From an uncultured Acidobacteriota bacterium (GTDB taxonomy: Bacteria > Acidobacteriota > Thermoanaerobaculia > Multivoradales > SZUA-115), in the NCBI GenBank assembly GCA_963805975.1, contig CAWDVR010000001.1:1056001-1120000 (forward strand): a DNA stretch of 64,000 nt, in the 5' to 3' direction. The notes under the pieces were generated by a model. It had not been told where the DNA came from. It did no database searches and saw only the letters and a program-made list of their open reading frames with translations. The position numbers were made by a program, and so were the translations under genes. Shown here piece by piece: positions 9,697 through 17,832 of this stretch (position 1 is its first letter; every line of letters begins with the position of its first letter).

Positions 9697-9725
9697 ACTC
9701 TACCGACCTCCCGGTGACCTGTCAA
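9697..9725 (-). promoter_or_regulatory. sigma70-type promoter of the hydroxylase-cyclodeaminase operon
   Basis: Minus strand TTGACA (9725-9720), 17 nt spacer, TAGAGT (9702-9697), about 70 nt upstream of ATG 9626. Confidence 0.7.
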
Positions 9726-9814
9726 CGCGCGGACGAGACAGGCGGCAGCCTGTTTCGGGCTCGAGATCTACGGCCCGCAAACGTTAGTTTTCGTCCCGCC
9801 TCCCGCCCAGTTGC

Positions 9815-10069
9815 GTGGCGGCAACCGCCGGCCGGCAGCTCGGCCGCAAGCGAGCCCTTCGCGAGCTCGACCAGGCGGCCATCGATCGCTCCTTCGAGGA
9901 GCGGGATATCCTCTTCGACTCGCGCCAGTATCCGCGCGACGAGGCGCCCGCCGCCTACAAGGACTTCGACGAGGTGCTGCGCTCGGTGAAATCGGCCGGG
10001 CTGGCCTCCGAGGTGGCCCGGCTCCAGGCGCGCTTCGTGATCAAGGACGCCTCGGGCGCGGACGACTGA
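9815..10069 (+). pseudogene. rtcB: C-terminal remnant of RtcB RNA ligase
   Basis: AGRQLGR...DEAPAAYKDFDEVL...VARL...IK match the RtcB C-terminus. The HGAGR motif is broken and the N-terminal majority is missing. Directly upstream of rtcA. Confidence 0.8.
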
Positions 10070-10071
10070 CC

Positions 10072-11100
10072 ATGCTCCTCCTCGACGGTTCAGCCGGTGA
10101 AGGCGGCGGGCAGATCCTGCGCTCGGCGCTCACGCTGTCGCTCGTCACCGGCCAGCCCTTCCGCATCGAGCGGATTCGCCAGCGCCGGAGCCGGCCCGGC
10201 CTCATGCGCCAGCACCTGACGGCGGTGAAGGCGGCGCAGGCGGTCTCTGGCGCCGAGGCTCCGGGGGCCGAGGTCGGCTCCACGGAGCTGACCTTCCGGC
10301 CGGGCCGGGTGCGCGGTGGCGAGCACGCCTTCGCCGTGGGCACGGCCGGCAGCACCACGCTGGTGCTCCAGACGGTGCTCCCGGCGCTGATGCTCGTGGC
10401 CGAGCCCTCGCGCCTGACGCTCGAAGGCGGCACCCACAACCCGTGCGCGCCGCCGTGGGACTTTCTCGTCGAGGCCTACCCTCCCTTGCTCCAGGCAATG
10501 GGGCCGCGTTTCTCGCCCCTGCTCGAGCGGCCGGGCTTCTTCCCGGCCGGCGGCGGCCGGCTGACGCTCGGCATCGAGCCCACGGCCAAGCTCGGTCCGC
10601 TGGAGCTGCTCGCCGTGGAAGAGCCGCGCGAGCTCTCCGCCACGGTCCTCCTCGCCAGCCTCCCGACGCACATCGGAGCTCGGGAGGCCGAGCGCCTCCA
10701 GACGCTCACCGGACTTCCTCCCGAGCGCATCGAGGTCAGGGACCTCGAAGGCGTGGCCGGCCTGGGCAACGTGGTGATGGTCAAGCTGCGGAGCCGCCGA
10801 TTCACCGAGGTCTTCACCGCCTTCGGCGAACGGGGTGTGCGCGCCGAGGCCGTGGCGGAGCAAGCGGTGCGCGCCTATCGCCATTTTCTCGCCGCCGGCG
10901 TGCCGGTGGGGGAGCACCTGGCGGACCAGTTGATCCTGCCGCTGGCCGTCGCCGGCCGGGGGAGCTTTCGCACGCTGCCCCTGAGCCGCCACGCCACGAC
11001 CCAGATCGCGCTGGTGGGCCGGTTCCTGGACGTGGAGATCGCGGTGAGAGACGAGGGCGGTGCGACCGTCGTCGAGGTGGGCGGCCCGCGGCAGCGATAG
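10072..11100 (+). CDS. rtcA: RNA 3'-terminal phosphate cyclase
   Basis: LDGSAGEGGGQILRSALTLS, RPGLMRQHL, GTAGSTTLVLQT, GGTHNP, GFFPAGGG, VGEHLADQL, H..T. Confidence 0.95.
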   Translation: MLLLDGSAGEGGGQILRSALTLSLVTGQPFRIERIRQRRSRPGLMRQHLTAVKAAQAVSGAEAPGAEVGSTELTFRPGRVRGGEHAFAVGTAGSTTLVLQTVLPALMLVAEPSRLTLEGGTHNPCAPPWDFLVEAYPPLLQAMGPRFSPLLERPGFFPAGGGRLTLGIEPTAKLGPLELLAVEEPRELSATVLLASLPTHIGAREAERLQTLTGLPPERIEVRDLEGVAGLGNVVMVKLRSRRFTEVFTAFGERGVRAEAVAEQAVRAYRHFLAAGVPVGEHLADQLILPLAVAGRGSFRTLPLSRHATTQIALVGRFLDVEIAVRDEGGATVVEVGGPRQR

Positions 11101-11131
11101 ACTCTTCCGATCCTGCGGAGGTGATTCCCCG

Positions 11132-11404
11132 ATGTGCCGGAACATCAAGACCCTCTTCAACTTCGAGCCGCCGGTGACGGAGGGCGAGCTGCGCTCTGCC
11201 GCGTTGCAGTTCGTGCGCAAGGTCACCGGCTTCAACCAGCCGTCCAAGGCCAATGCAGCCGCGTTCTTCGCCGCGGTCGACGAGATCACCGGGATCTCGG
11301 GCAGGCTTCTCGGTGCGCTCGAGACCAGCGCACCCCCACGCAACCGGGAGGAGCAGGCGGTTCGAGCGAAGGCCCGCGCCGCCCGCCGCTTCCCGGCAAC
11401 CTGA
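11132..11404 (+). CDS. DUF2277 family protein
   Basis: MCRNIKTLFNFEPP...AALQFVRKVTG..PS.AN pattern; GGAGG SD upstream. Confidence 0.85.
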   Translation: MCRNIKTLFNFEPPVTEGELRSAALQFVRKVTGFNQPSKANAAAFFAAVDEITGISGRLLGALETSAPPRNREEQAVRAKARAARRFPAT

Positions 11405-11419
11405 TCGAGCCGGCCTCTC

Positions 11420-11445
11420 GAAACTGCGACCCCGCTCCAGCCGTA
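11420..11445 (+). promoter_or_regulatory. Putative ECF sigma promoter
   Basis: GAAAC-N17-CGTA, 40 nt upstream of ADOP start 11486; same motif and spacing found before a second ADOP gene. Confidence 0.55.
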
Positions 11446-11485
11446 GAAGCGGGAGAACGCACCAGCATCTCTTGGAGACTCCCCG

Positions 11486-13987
11486 ATGCCCAACCTTCGG
11501 CATGCGCTGCGCACCCTGCTCGGAACCCCGCTCGTCACCGCCGTCGCCTGCCTCTCGCTGGCCCTGGGCATCGGCGCGAACTCCGCCATCTTCTCGCTCT
11601 TCGACCAGATGGTCCTGCGGGCCCTGCCCGTGGCGCAGCCGCAGCGGCTGGTGAACCTCTCCGCCCCGGGCCCGAAGCCCGGCTCGCAGTCCTGCAGCAA
11701 CGCGGGCGACTGCGACGAGGTGTTCAGCTATCCCATGTTCCGCGACCTCGAGAGCGCCGAGATCGAGCTCTCGAGCCTCGGCGCGCACCGCGAGTTCGGC
11801 GCCAACCTGGCCTATCGCGGGCAGACCGCGAGCGAGAGCGGCCTCCTGGTCTCGGGCGGCTATTTCCCCACGCTCGGCCTGCAGCCGGTGCTCGGCCGGC
11901 TCTTCGGCCCGGAGGACAACCGCACGCCGGGAGGCCACCCGGTGACGGTTCTCGCCCACGAGTACTGGCGGAGCCGCTTCGGCGCCAGCCCGGCGGTGGT
12001 GGGCGACTCGCTCACCGTCAACGGCCAGACGCTGACCATCGTCGGCGTGGCGCCGGCCGGCTTCACGGGCACCACGCTCGGCTCCCGGCCGCAGGTCTTC
12101 GTGCCCATGGTGATGCGCGAGACGCTGGTGCCGGGCTTCAAAGGCCTCGAGGATCGCCGCAGCTACTGGGTCTACGTCTTCGGCCGCCTGAAGCCGGGCG
12201 CCTCCCTCGCCCAAGCCCAGGTGGCGGTCAACGTGCCGTACCACGCCATCGTCAACGAGGTGGAAGCGCCGCTGCAGGAGGGCATGAGCGAGCAGACCCT
12301 GGCGCAGTTCCGGGCCAAGACCGTCCAGCTCGCGCCGGGCGCGCGGGGCCAGAGCTCGGTCCGCGGAGAAGCTCGCGCTCCCTTGCTGTTGCTCCTGGGC
12401 GCCACCGCCTTCGTGCTGTTGATCGCCTGCGCCAACGTCGCCAACCTGCTCCTCGCCCGAGCGGCCAGTCGGGCGGACGAGATCGCCGTGCGACTGGCGG
12501 TGGGCGCCGCCCGGCGCCAGCTCGTCTTCCAGCTCCTCACCGAGTCCTGCCTCCTGGCAGTGCTCGCCGGGCTCCTCGGCCTCGTGGTTGCCTCCTGGAC
12601 CCTGAGGCTGGTCGGCTCCCTGCTGCCGCCCTACGCCGCGGCGACCCTGTCCTTCGAGATCGACCCCTCGATCCTGGCTTTCACCGCCTTCCTGGCGCTC
12701 GCCACCGGCCTCGTCTTCGGGCTCTTCCCGGCCCTGCACAGCACCCGGCCGGAGCTCGCCTCCTCCCTCAAGGGGCAGGCGACCAAGACCACCGGCACCC
12801 GCGCCGCCGCACGCTTCCGTGCCGGGCTGGTCACCGGGCAGATCGCGCTCGCCATGGCGCTCCTGGTCTCGGCCGGCCTCTTCACCAAGAGCCTCGCCAA
12901 CGTGAGCCGGGTGGACCTCGGCCTGAAGACCGATCACCTCGTCACTTTCGGCATCTCGCCCGACCTCAACGGCTACACGCCGGTGCGGTCGCTGGCCCTT
13001 TTCGAGCGCATGCAGGAAGAGCTCTCGGCGCTGCCCGGCGTGACCGGGGTGGTGGGTTCGATGGTGCCGCTGATCTCGGGCAGCAACTGGGGCAGCAGCG
13101 TCTCGGTCGAGGGCTTCGCGGCGGACTCGGACACCGACACCCATTCGGTGTTCAACGAGATCGGCACCGGCTACTTCCGCACCCTGGAGATCCCGCTCCT
13201 CGCCGGACGGGACTTCGCGACCGCCGACGCGCTCGGGGCCCCCAAGGTGGCGATCGTCAACGAGGCCTTCACCCGCAAGTTCAACCTCGGCCGCGAGGCC
13301 GTGGGCAAGCACATGGCGACCAGCACCGGCGCGGGCACGCCGCTCGACATCGAGATCGTCGGCCTGGTGGCGGACGCCAAGTACAGCGACGTCAAGCGCC
13401 CCGTGCCGCCGCAGTTCTTCCTGCCGTACCGCCAGAACGAGGGGTTGGGCGCGCTCAATTTCTACGTCCGCACGGCCCTCGCGCCCGAGAACGCGATGGT
13501 GTCGATCGGCGAGGTGGTCCGTCGCCTCGACCCCGACCTGCCCCTCGAGAACCTCCAGACCATGGAGGCCCAGGTGCGCCAGAACGTGTTCATCGACCGG
13601 CTGATCGGCACGCTCTCGACAGCCTTCGCAGTGCTCGCCACGCTGCTCGCCGCGGTGGGCCTCTACGGTGTGCTGGCCTACACGGTGGCGCAGCGCACGC
13701 GGGAGATCGGCCTGCGGATGGCGCTCGGCGCCAACGTCGCCCAGGTGCGGGGCATGGTGCTCCGCCAAGTGGGGCTGATGACACTGATCGGCGGAGCAGC
13801 CGGCATCCTCGCCGCCTTGGCCCTGTCCCGCCTCGGGCGATCGCTGCTCTACGAGCTCCAGGGCCACGACCCCGCCGTGCTCGGCGGGGCGGCGGTGCTG
13901 CTGGCCCTGGTGGCGCTGTCGGCAGGCTTCATCCCCGCCTCCCGCGCCTCCCGCATCGAACCCATGCGGGCGCTGCGGCACGACTGA
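11486..13987 (+). CDS. ADOP-family duplicated ABC permease (MacB_PCD/FtsX x2)
   Basis: LALGIGANSAIFS, LLIACANVANLLLAR, EIAVRLAVGA, QIALAMALLVSAGLF, RTREIGLRMALGA, PASRASRIEPMRALR; no ATPase domain. Confidence 0.93.
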   Translation: MPNLRHALRTLLGTPLVTAVACLSLALGIGANSAIFSLFDQMVLRALPVAQPQRLVNLSAPGPKPGSQSCSNAGDCDEVFSYPMFRDLESAEIELSSLGAHREFGANLAYRGQTASESGLLVSGGYFPTLGLQPVLGRLFGPEDNRTPGGHPVTVLAHEYWRSRFGASPAVVGDSLTVNGQTLTIVGVAPAGFTGTTLGSRPQVFVPMVMRETLVPGFKGLEDRRSYWVYVFGRLKPGASLAQAQVAVNVPYHAIVNEVEAPLQEGMSEQTLAQFRAKTVQLAPGARGQSSVRGEARAPLLLLLGATAFVLLIACANVANLLLARAASRADEIAVRLAVGAARRQLVFQLLTESCLLAVLAGLLGLVVASWTLRLVGSLLPPYAAATLSFEIDPSILAFTAFLALATGLVFGLFPALHSTRPELASSLKGQATKTTGTRAAARFRAGLVTGQIALAMALLVSAGLFTKSLANVSRVDLGLKTDHLVTFGISPDLNGYTPVRSLALFERMQEELSALPGVTGVVGSMVPLISGSNWGSSVSVEGFAADSDTDTHSVFNEIGTGYFRTLEIPLLAGRDFATADALGAPKVAIVNEAFTRKFNLGREAVGKHMATSTGAGTPLDIEIVGLVADAKYSDVKRPVPPQFFLPYRQNEGLGALNFYVRTALAPENAMVSIGEVVRRLDPDLPLENLQTMEAQVRQNVFIDRLIGTLSTAFAVLATLLAAVGLYGVLAYTVAQRTREIGLRMALGANVAQVRGMVLRQVGLMTLIGGAAGILAALALSRLGRSLLYELQGHDPAVLGGAAVLLALVALSAGFIPASRASRIEPMRALRHD

Positions 13988-14001
13988 CACGGGGGAGCGG
14001 C

Positions 14002-14439
14002 ATGAAGGTCTTCACCATCGGGTTCACGAAGAAGCCTGCACGCCGCTTTTTCGAGCTGCTGCGGCAGTCGGGGGCCCGGCGTGTCGTCGACGTTCGATTG
14101 AACAACGTGTCGCAGCTCGCCGGCTTCGCCAAGAAGGACGACCTCGCCTTCTTCCTGCAGGAAGTCTGCGGGATGGAGTACGTCCATCTCCCCGAGCTGG
14201 CACCGACGCAGGAGCTCCTCGACGGTTTCAAGAAGGAGCGCGGCGACTGGAAGGCGTACGAGCCTCGGTTCCTCGAGCTGATGAGGCAGCGGCGCATCGA
14301 GGAGACGGTGCCCCGCGAGCTGATCGCCGAGGGCTGCCTGCTGTGCAGCGAGGACCAGCCGCACCACTGCCACCGCCGGCTGGTCGCCGAGTACCTGCAG
14401 CGGCACTGGGGCGACCTGGACATCGTCCATCTGAAATAG
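14002..14439 (+). CDS. DUF488 family protein
   Basis: TIGFT, VDVRL, LAGFAK..DL, CLLCSE....CHRRLVAE. Confidence 0.85.
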   Translation: MKVFTIGFTKKPARRFFELLRQSGARRVVDVRLNNVSQLAGFAKKDDLAFFLQEVCGMEYVHLPELAPTQELLDGFKKERGDWKAYEPRFLELMRQRRIEETVPRELIAEGCLLCSEDQPHHCHRRLVAEYLQRHWGDLDIVHLK

Positions 14440-14575
14440 AAGGCCGAAGACTTCGCGGCAGCCCGGTGACCGATTTCGAACCGGGCGGCTACCGACATTG
14501 GAACCCTCGGCCTCCCGCCAGACAGAGCACGGCCCACGGCCCGCGCGGGTGGATGCCGTGTCGAGGGAGACCGCC

Positions 14576-15159
14576 ATGGGAGAGCATCACGTCCGTCGCG
14601 AGCGGCGGCTGCTCGACGGCCTGATCGAGGCCGTGAGCACCGTCTACCACGCTCACGCGGGGTCGAGGTCCGCGCCCACGCCATCGCTCAGGCTCTGGCG
14701 CCGTTTCTCGGCGACCCCAGGCTGCTGAGCGCCGCCGAGCAAGAGCCCGACCCGGAGCGCTACCGCCCGCACGTGCTCTACGTGACGCCGCGGGGCGCCT
14801 TCTCGATCGTCTCCCTGGTCTGCCTGCCCGGCCAGGCCACTTCGATCCACGACCACGTCTCCTGGTGTGTGATCGGGGTGCATCAGGGCTCCGAGCGCGA
14901 GTTCGCGTACCGGCTCGAGCAGAGACCGGAAGGGAGCGTCCTGGTACCGGTGGGCGAGTGTACGAACCATCCCGGCGAAGTCTCCGCGCTGGCGCCGCCG
15001 GGAGACATCCACCGGGTCGAGAACCCGGGGCCGGGCACGGCCATCTCGATTCACGTCTATGGAGCCGACATCCGCCGGCTCGGCTCCAGCATAAGGCGGC
15101 GCTACGACCTGCCGGTGGTCGCGGCCGACGCCGGCCCGCTCGTCCGTCCCGCCGCCTGA
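14576..15159 (+). pseudogene. Cysteine/3-mercaptopropionate dioxygenase family cupin, single-base frameshift at 14659-14662 (possibly a sequencing error)
   Basis: GGGAG SD + ATG 14576. The frame switches at GCGGGGTC; the downstream frame has PERYR.HVLY, LPGQATSIHDHVSW, PPGDIHRVEN, SIHVYG. Confidence 0.8.
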
Positions 15160-15201
15160 GCGCGACCCAGGCGGCGGGATGGGAGGCCGCTGGGCTCGCG
15201 C
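15160..15201. terminator. GC-rich hairpin between convergent genes
   Basis: GCGCGA-CCCA-g-GCGGC ... GCCGC-TGGG-c-TCGCGC fills the gap between stops at 15159 and 15204; no U-tract. Confidence 0.4.
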
Positions 15202-15203
15202 CG

Positions 15204-17672
15204 CTACTCGCCGCGCAGCACGTCGGCCGGCTCGATGCGCAGGATGCGCCGGGCCGGCAGGTAGCTCGCGGCCAGCGCGATCAGCCCGAGGAGCACCAGC
15301 ACCCCGGCGAAGGTCAGCGGGTCGGTGGGGCGGACGCCGTAGAGCAGGTTGCCCAGGAAGCGGGTGAGGCCGGCGGCGAGCGCCACGCCGGCCACGAGCC
15401 CCGCCCCCACGACCGCGAGGAAGCGGCCGACCACGAAGCGGAGCACCTGGTCGCGCCGGCCGCCCAGGGCGACGCGCAGGCTGAGCTCTCGCCGCCGGCG
15501 GGTCACGGCATAGGTCACCACGCCGGTGATCCCGATGGCGGTCAGGAGCAGGGCGAGCACCGCGAAGCCGCCCAGGAGCTGTAGTGCGAAGCGCTGCTCC
15601 GCGACCGAGCGGGCGAGGTGCTCGCCGAGCGTCCCGATGCGGGCCGGCACCTCGGCGTCCGCCCGGCGGCAGGCCTCGCCCAGTGCGCCGAGCAAGCCGG
15701 GGAGCTCGCCCGCGGTCGCCACCGCGATCGTCGCCTGGGTCACGCTCTGCGGGCGCTGCAAGGCCGGGAAGTAGGCGGTCGGCTGGATCGCCGCCGTCAG
15801 GCTGCCGTGGCGCACGTCGCCGACCACGCCGACCACGCTGGCCCACACGTCCTGCTGCCAGTACTGGTCCATGCCGGCGGCGTTGACCCGCTGGCCGAGC
15901 GGGTCCTTGCCCGGCCAGGCGCGGTCGGCGAAAGCCTGGCTCACCACCACCACGAACTCGCTCCCCGCGCGGTCTCGCTCGTCGAGCGCGCGCCCCAGGA
16001 GGACAGGGATGCCGAGGGCGTCGAAGTAGCCGCCGCCCACCGCGCGATAGCCGGCGTCCAGGTTGGGCAGCGGGCCGCCCTCGGTCAGCATCTGGCCGCT
16101 GGGGTCGTCGCCGGCAAACGGCAGCGCGCTGCTGAAGCCCACCTGGCGCACCCCGGGAAGGGCCGTGAGCTCGGCGATCACGCTCCGGTAGTAGCCCTCG
16201 ATGGCCTGCGGCTCGGCGTAGCGTGAGGAGGGCAGGCTGACCGACACGGTGGCGACGCGCTCGGCAGTGAAGCCCGGCTCGATGCGGAGGATCTCGCCCA
16301 GGGTGCGAACCAGCAGGCCGGCGCTCACCAGGAGGACCAGGGCCAGGGCGACCTCGCCCGCGATCAGCGCATTCCAGACGCGGAGCGGTTGGCGCCCCGC
16401 GGTGGCCCGCTGGCCGCTCACCGGCCCGAGGCCGCCGCTCCGCCGCGCCAGGCGCAGGCTCGGCAGCACGCCGAAGAGAAGGGCGGTGAGCACGGCCAAG
16501 CCGACGGCGAAGGCGAGCACCGGCAGGTTGATCGCGACCTGGTCGAGGCGGGGGAGCCCGGGCGGCGCCAGGGCCAGGAGGTACTCGCGCAGCGCTGCCG
16601 CGAGCACCAGGCCGGCCGCGGCGCCGGCAGCGGAGAGGAGGAGGCTCTCGGCGACCAGCGGGCCCAGCAGCCGGGCGGTGCCGGCGCCGAGCCAGGAGCG
16701 GACGGCGATCTCCTGCCGCCGTTCGAGGCCGCGGGCGAGGAAAGCGCTCGCCAGGTTGGAGCCGGCGACCAGCATCACCAGGGCCGTCGCGCCGAGCAGC
16801 ACCCACAGGGGTTGACGTGCGCGGCCGGTGATCTCCGCTTTGAGCGGGCGCACCAGGGCGCCGGCAGGAAGGTAATCGGACGGCTCGTCGGAAACGATCG
16901 CCTTGGTGATCGTGTCGAGCTCGAGCCCGGCCTGCTCGAGGCTCACGCCGGCAGCGAGGCGACCCACCACCCGGTAGTTGTGGGCGGTGCGCACGGGGCC
17001 GGGGGACTGCAGCTCGAGCGGCGCCCAGATCTCGACCCCGGCCGGGAAGGCGAGGGCGTCCGGCAGCACGCCGACCACCTGGAAGCCCATGCCCCAGAGG
17101 TCCAGGCGGCGGTGCACCAGGCCCTCGGGGTCGCCACCCAGGTACCGGTGAAGGAAGCTCTCGCTGACCACCGCGGCCGGCAGAGCACCGGCCCGGTGAT
17201 CCTCCGGCAGGAACAGCCGGCCGGCCGCCGGCTGGGCGCCCAACACACGGAAGAAACCCTCGCTGACCAGGGCGGCGCGGGCGATCACGGCCGCGTCGCC
17301 CCCCAGCACGGTGGGGGAGCCCGTGGAGTAGGCGGAGAGCGCTGCGAAGCTCCGGGCCTCGCGCCAGTCGAGGAAGTTGCCCCAGGCGCTCCTCATCTCG
17401 GAGCCGTGCCGGCCCAGCTCCCAGGCCGCGACCAGGCGCCGGGGCTCGGACCACGGGAGATCGGACAGCAGAACACCCTGGATGACGCTGAAGATGGCGG
17501 TGTTGGCGCCGAGGCCGAGCGCGAGAGTCGCCACCGCGGCGGCCGTGAAACTCGGCCGGCGGCGGAGGTTGCGGGCTGCGAGCCGCAGGTCCTGAAGGTT
17601 TCTGTCGATCCACGAGCCGAAACGCGAGCCGCCGAAACGCGAGCCTGCATCCTGCCGATCCATCCTCGCCAT
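15204..17672 (-). CDS. ADOP-family duplicated ABC permease
   Basis: QDLRLAARNL, TLALGLGANTAIFS, EIAVR..LGA, EVALALVLLVSAGLL, YLPARR...P..LR.E; GGGGAG SD. Confidence 0.92.
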   Translation of the reverse strand: MARMDRQDAGSRFGGSRFGSWIDRNLQDLRLAARNLRRRPSFTAAAVATLALGLGANTAIFSVIQGVLLSDLPWSEPRRLVAAWELGRHGSEMRSAWGNFLDWREARSFAALSAYSTGSPTVLGGDAAVIARAALVSEGFFRVLGAQPAAGRLFLPEDHRAGALPAAVVSESFLHRYLGGDPEGLVHRRLDLWGMGFQVVGVLPDALAFPAGVEIWAPLELQSPGPVRTAHNYRVVGRLAAGVSLEQAGLELDTITKAIVSDEPSDYLPAGALVRPLKAEITGRARQPLWVLLGATALVMLVAGSNLASAFLARGLERRQEIAVRSWLGAGTARLLGPLVAESLLLSAAGAAAGLVLAAALREYLLALAPPGLPRLDQVAINLPVLAFAVGLAVLTALLFGVLPSLRLARRSGGLGPVSGQRATAGRQPLRVWNALIAGEVALALVLLVSAGLLVRTLGEILRIEPGFTAERVATVSVSLPSSRYAEPQAIEGYYRSVIAELTALPGVRQVGFSSALPFAGDDPSGQMLTEGGPLPNLDAGYRAVGGGYFDALGIPVLLGRALDERDRAGSEFVVVVSQAFADRAWPGKDPLGQRVNAAGMDQYWQQDVWASVVGVVGDVRHGSLTAAIQPTAYFPALQRPQSVTQATIAVATAGELPGLLGALGEACRRADAEVPARIGTLGEHLARSVAEQRFALQLLGGFAVLALLLTAIGITGVVTYAVTRRRRELSLRVALGGRRDQVLRFVVGRFLAVVGAGLVAGVALAAGLTRFLGNLLYGVRPTDPLTFAGVLVLLGLIALAASYLPARRILRIEPADVLRGE
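17616..17645. repeat. Perfect 15-bp tandem duplication in the ADOP N-terminus
   Basis: GCCGAAACGCGAGCC x2, giving GSRFG-GSRFG. Confidence 0.8.
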
Positions 17673-17696
17673 CGAGATCTCCCCCTGCCGAGCCAG

Positions 17697-17723
17697 AACG
17701 GCCGGATCGACGCCGAGGTTTCA
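17697..17723 (-). promoter_or_regulatory. Putative ECF sigma promoter
   Basis: Minus strand TGAAAC-N17-CGTT, 25 nt upstream of ADOP ATG 17672. Confidence 0.55.
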
Positions 17724-17832
17724 AGGGGCGCTTCCGGCCACATCTCATAAGTCGTTGACTAATCGCGCGGATAGAAAGCGCATCCATGGTGGAGAGAGCC
17801 TAGAAACCGCTAGCCAAAAAGAGAGGTTGTCC

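Noticed and set aside
11134-14001. 1101-aa ORF ending in DUF488
   Set aside because: Only 14002-14439 is protein-like and has its own SD; the rest is off-frame ADOP sequence.
14441-14513. Nested inverted repeats (AGGCCGA/TCGGCCT, GCCCGGT/ACCGGGC) as a possible riboswitch or ncRNA
   Set aside because: No recognisable Rfam motif, and short GC stems are expected by chance; an Infernal search would be needed.
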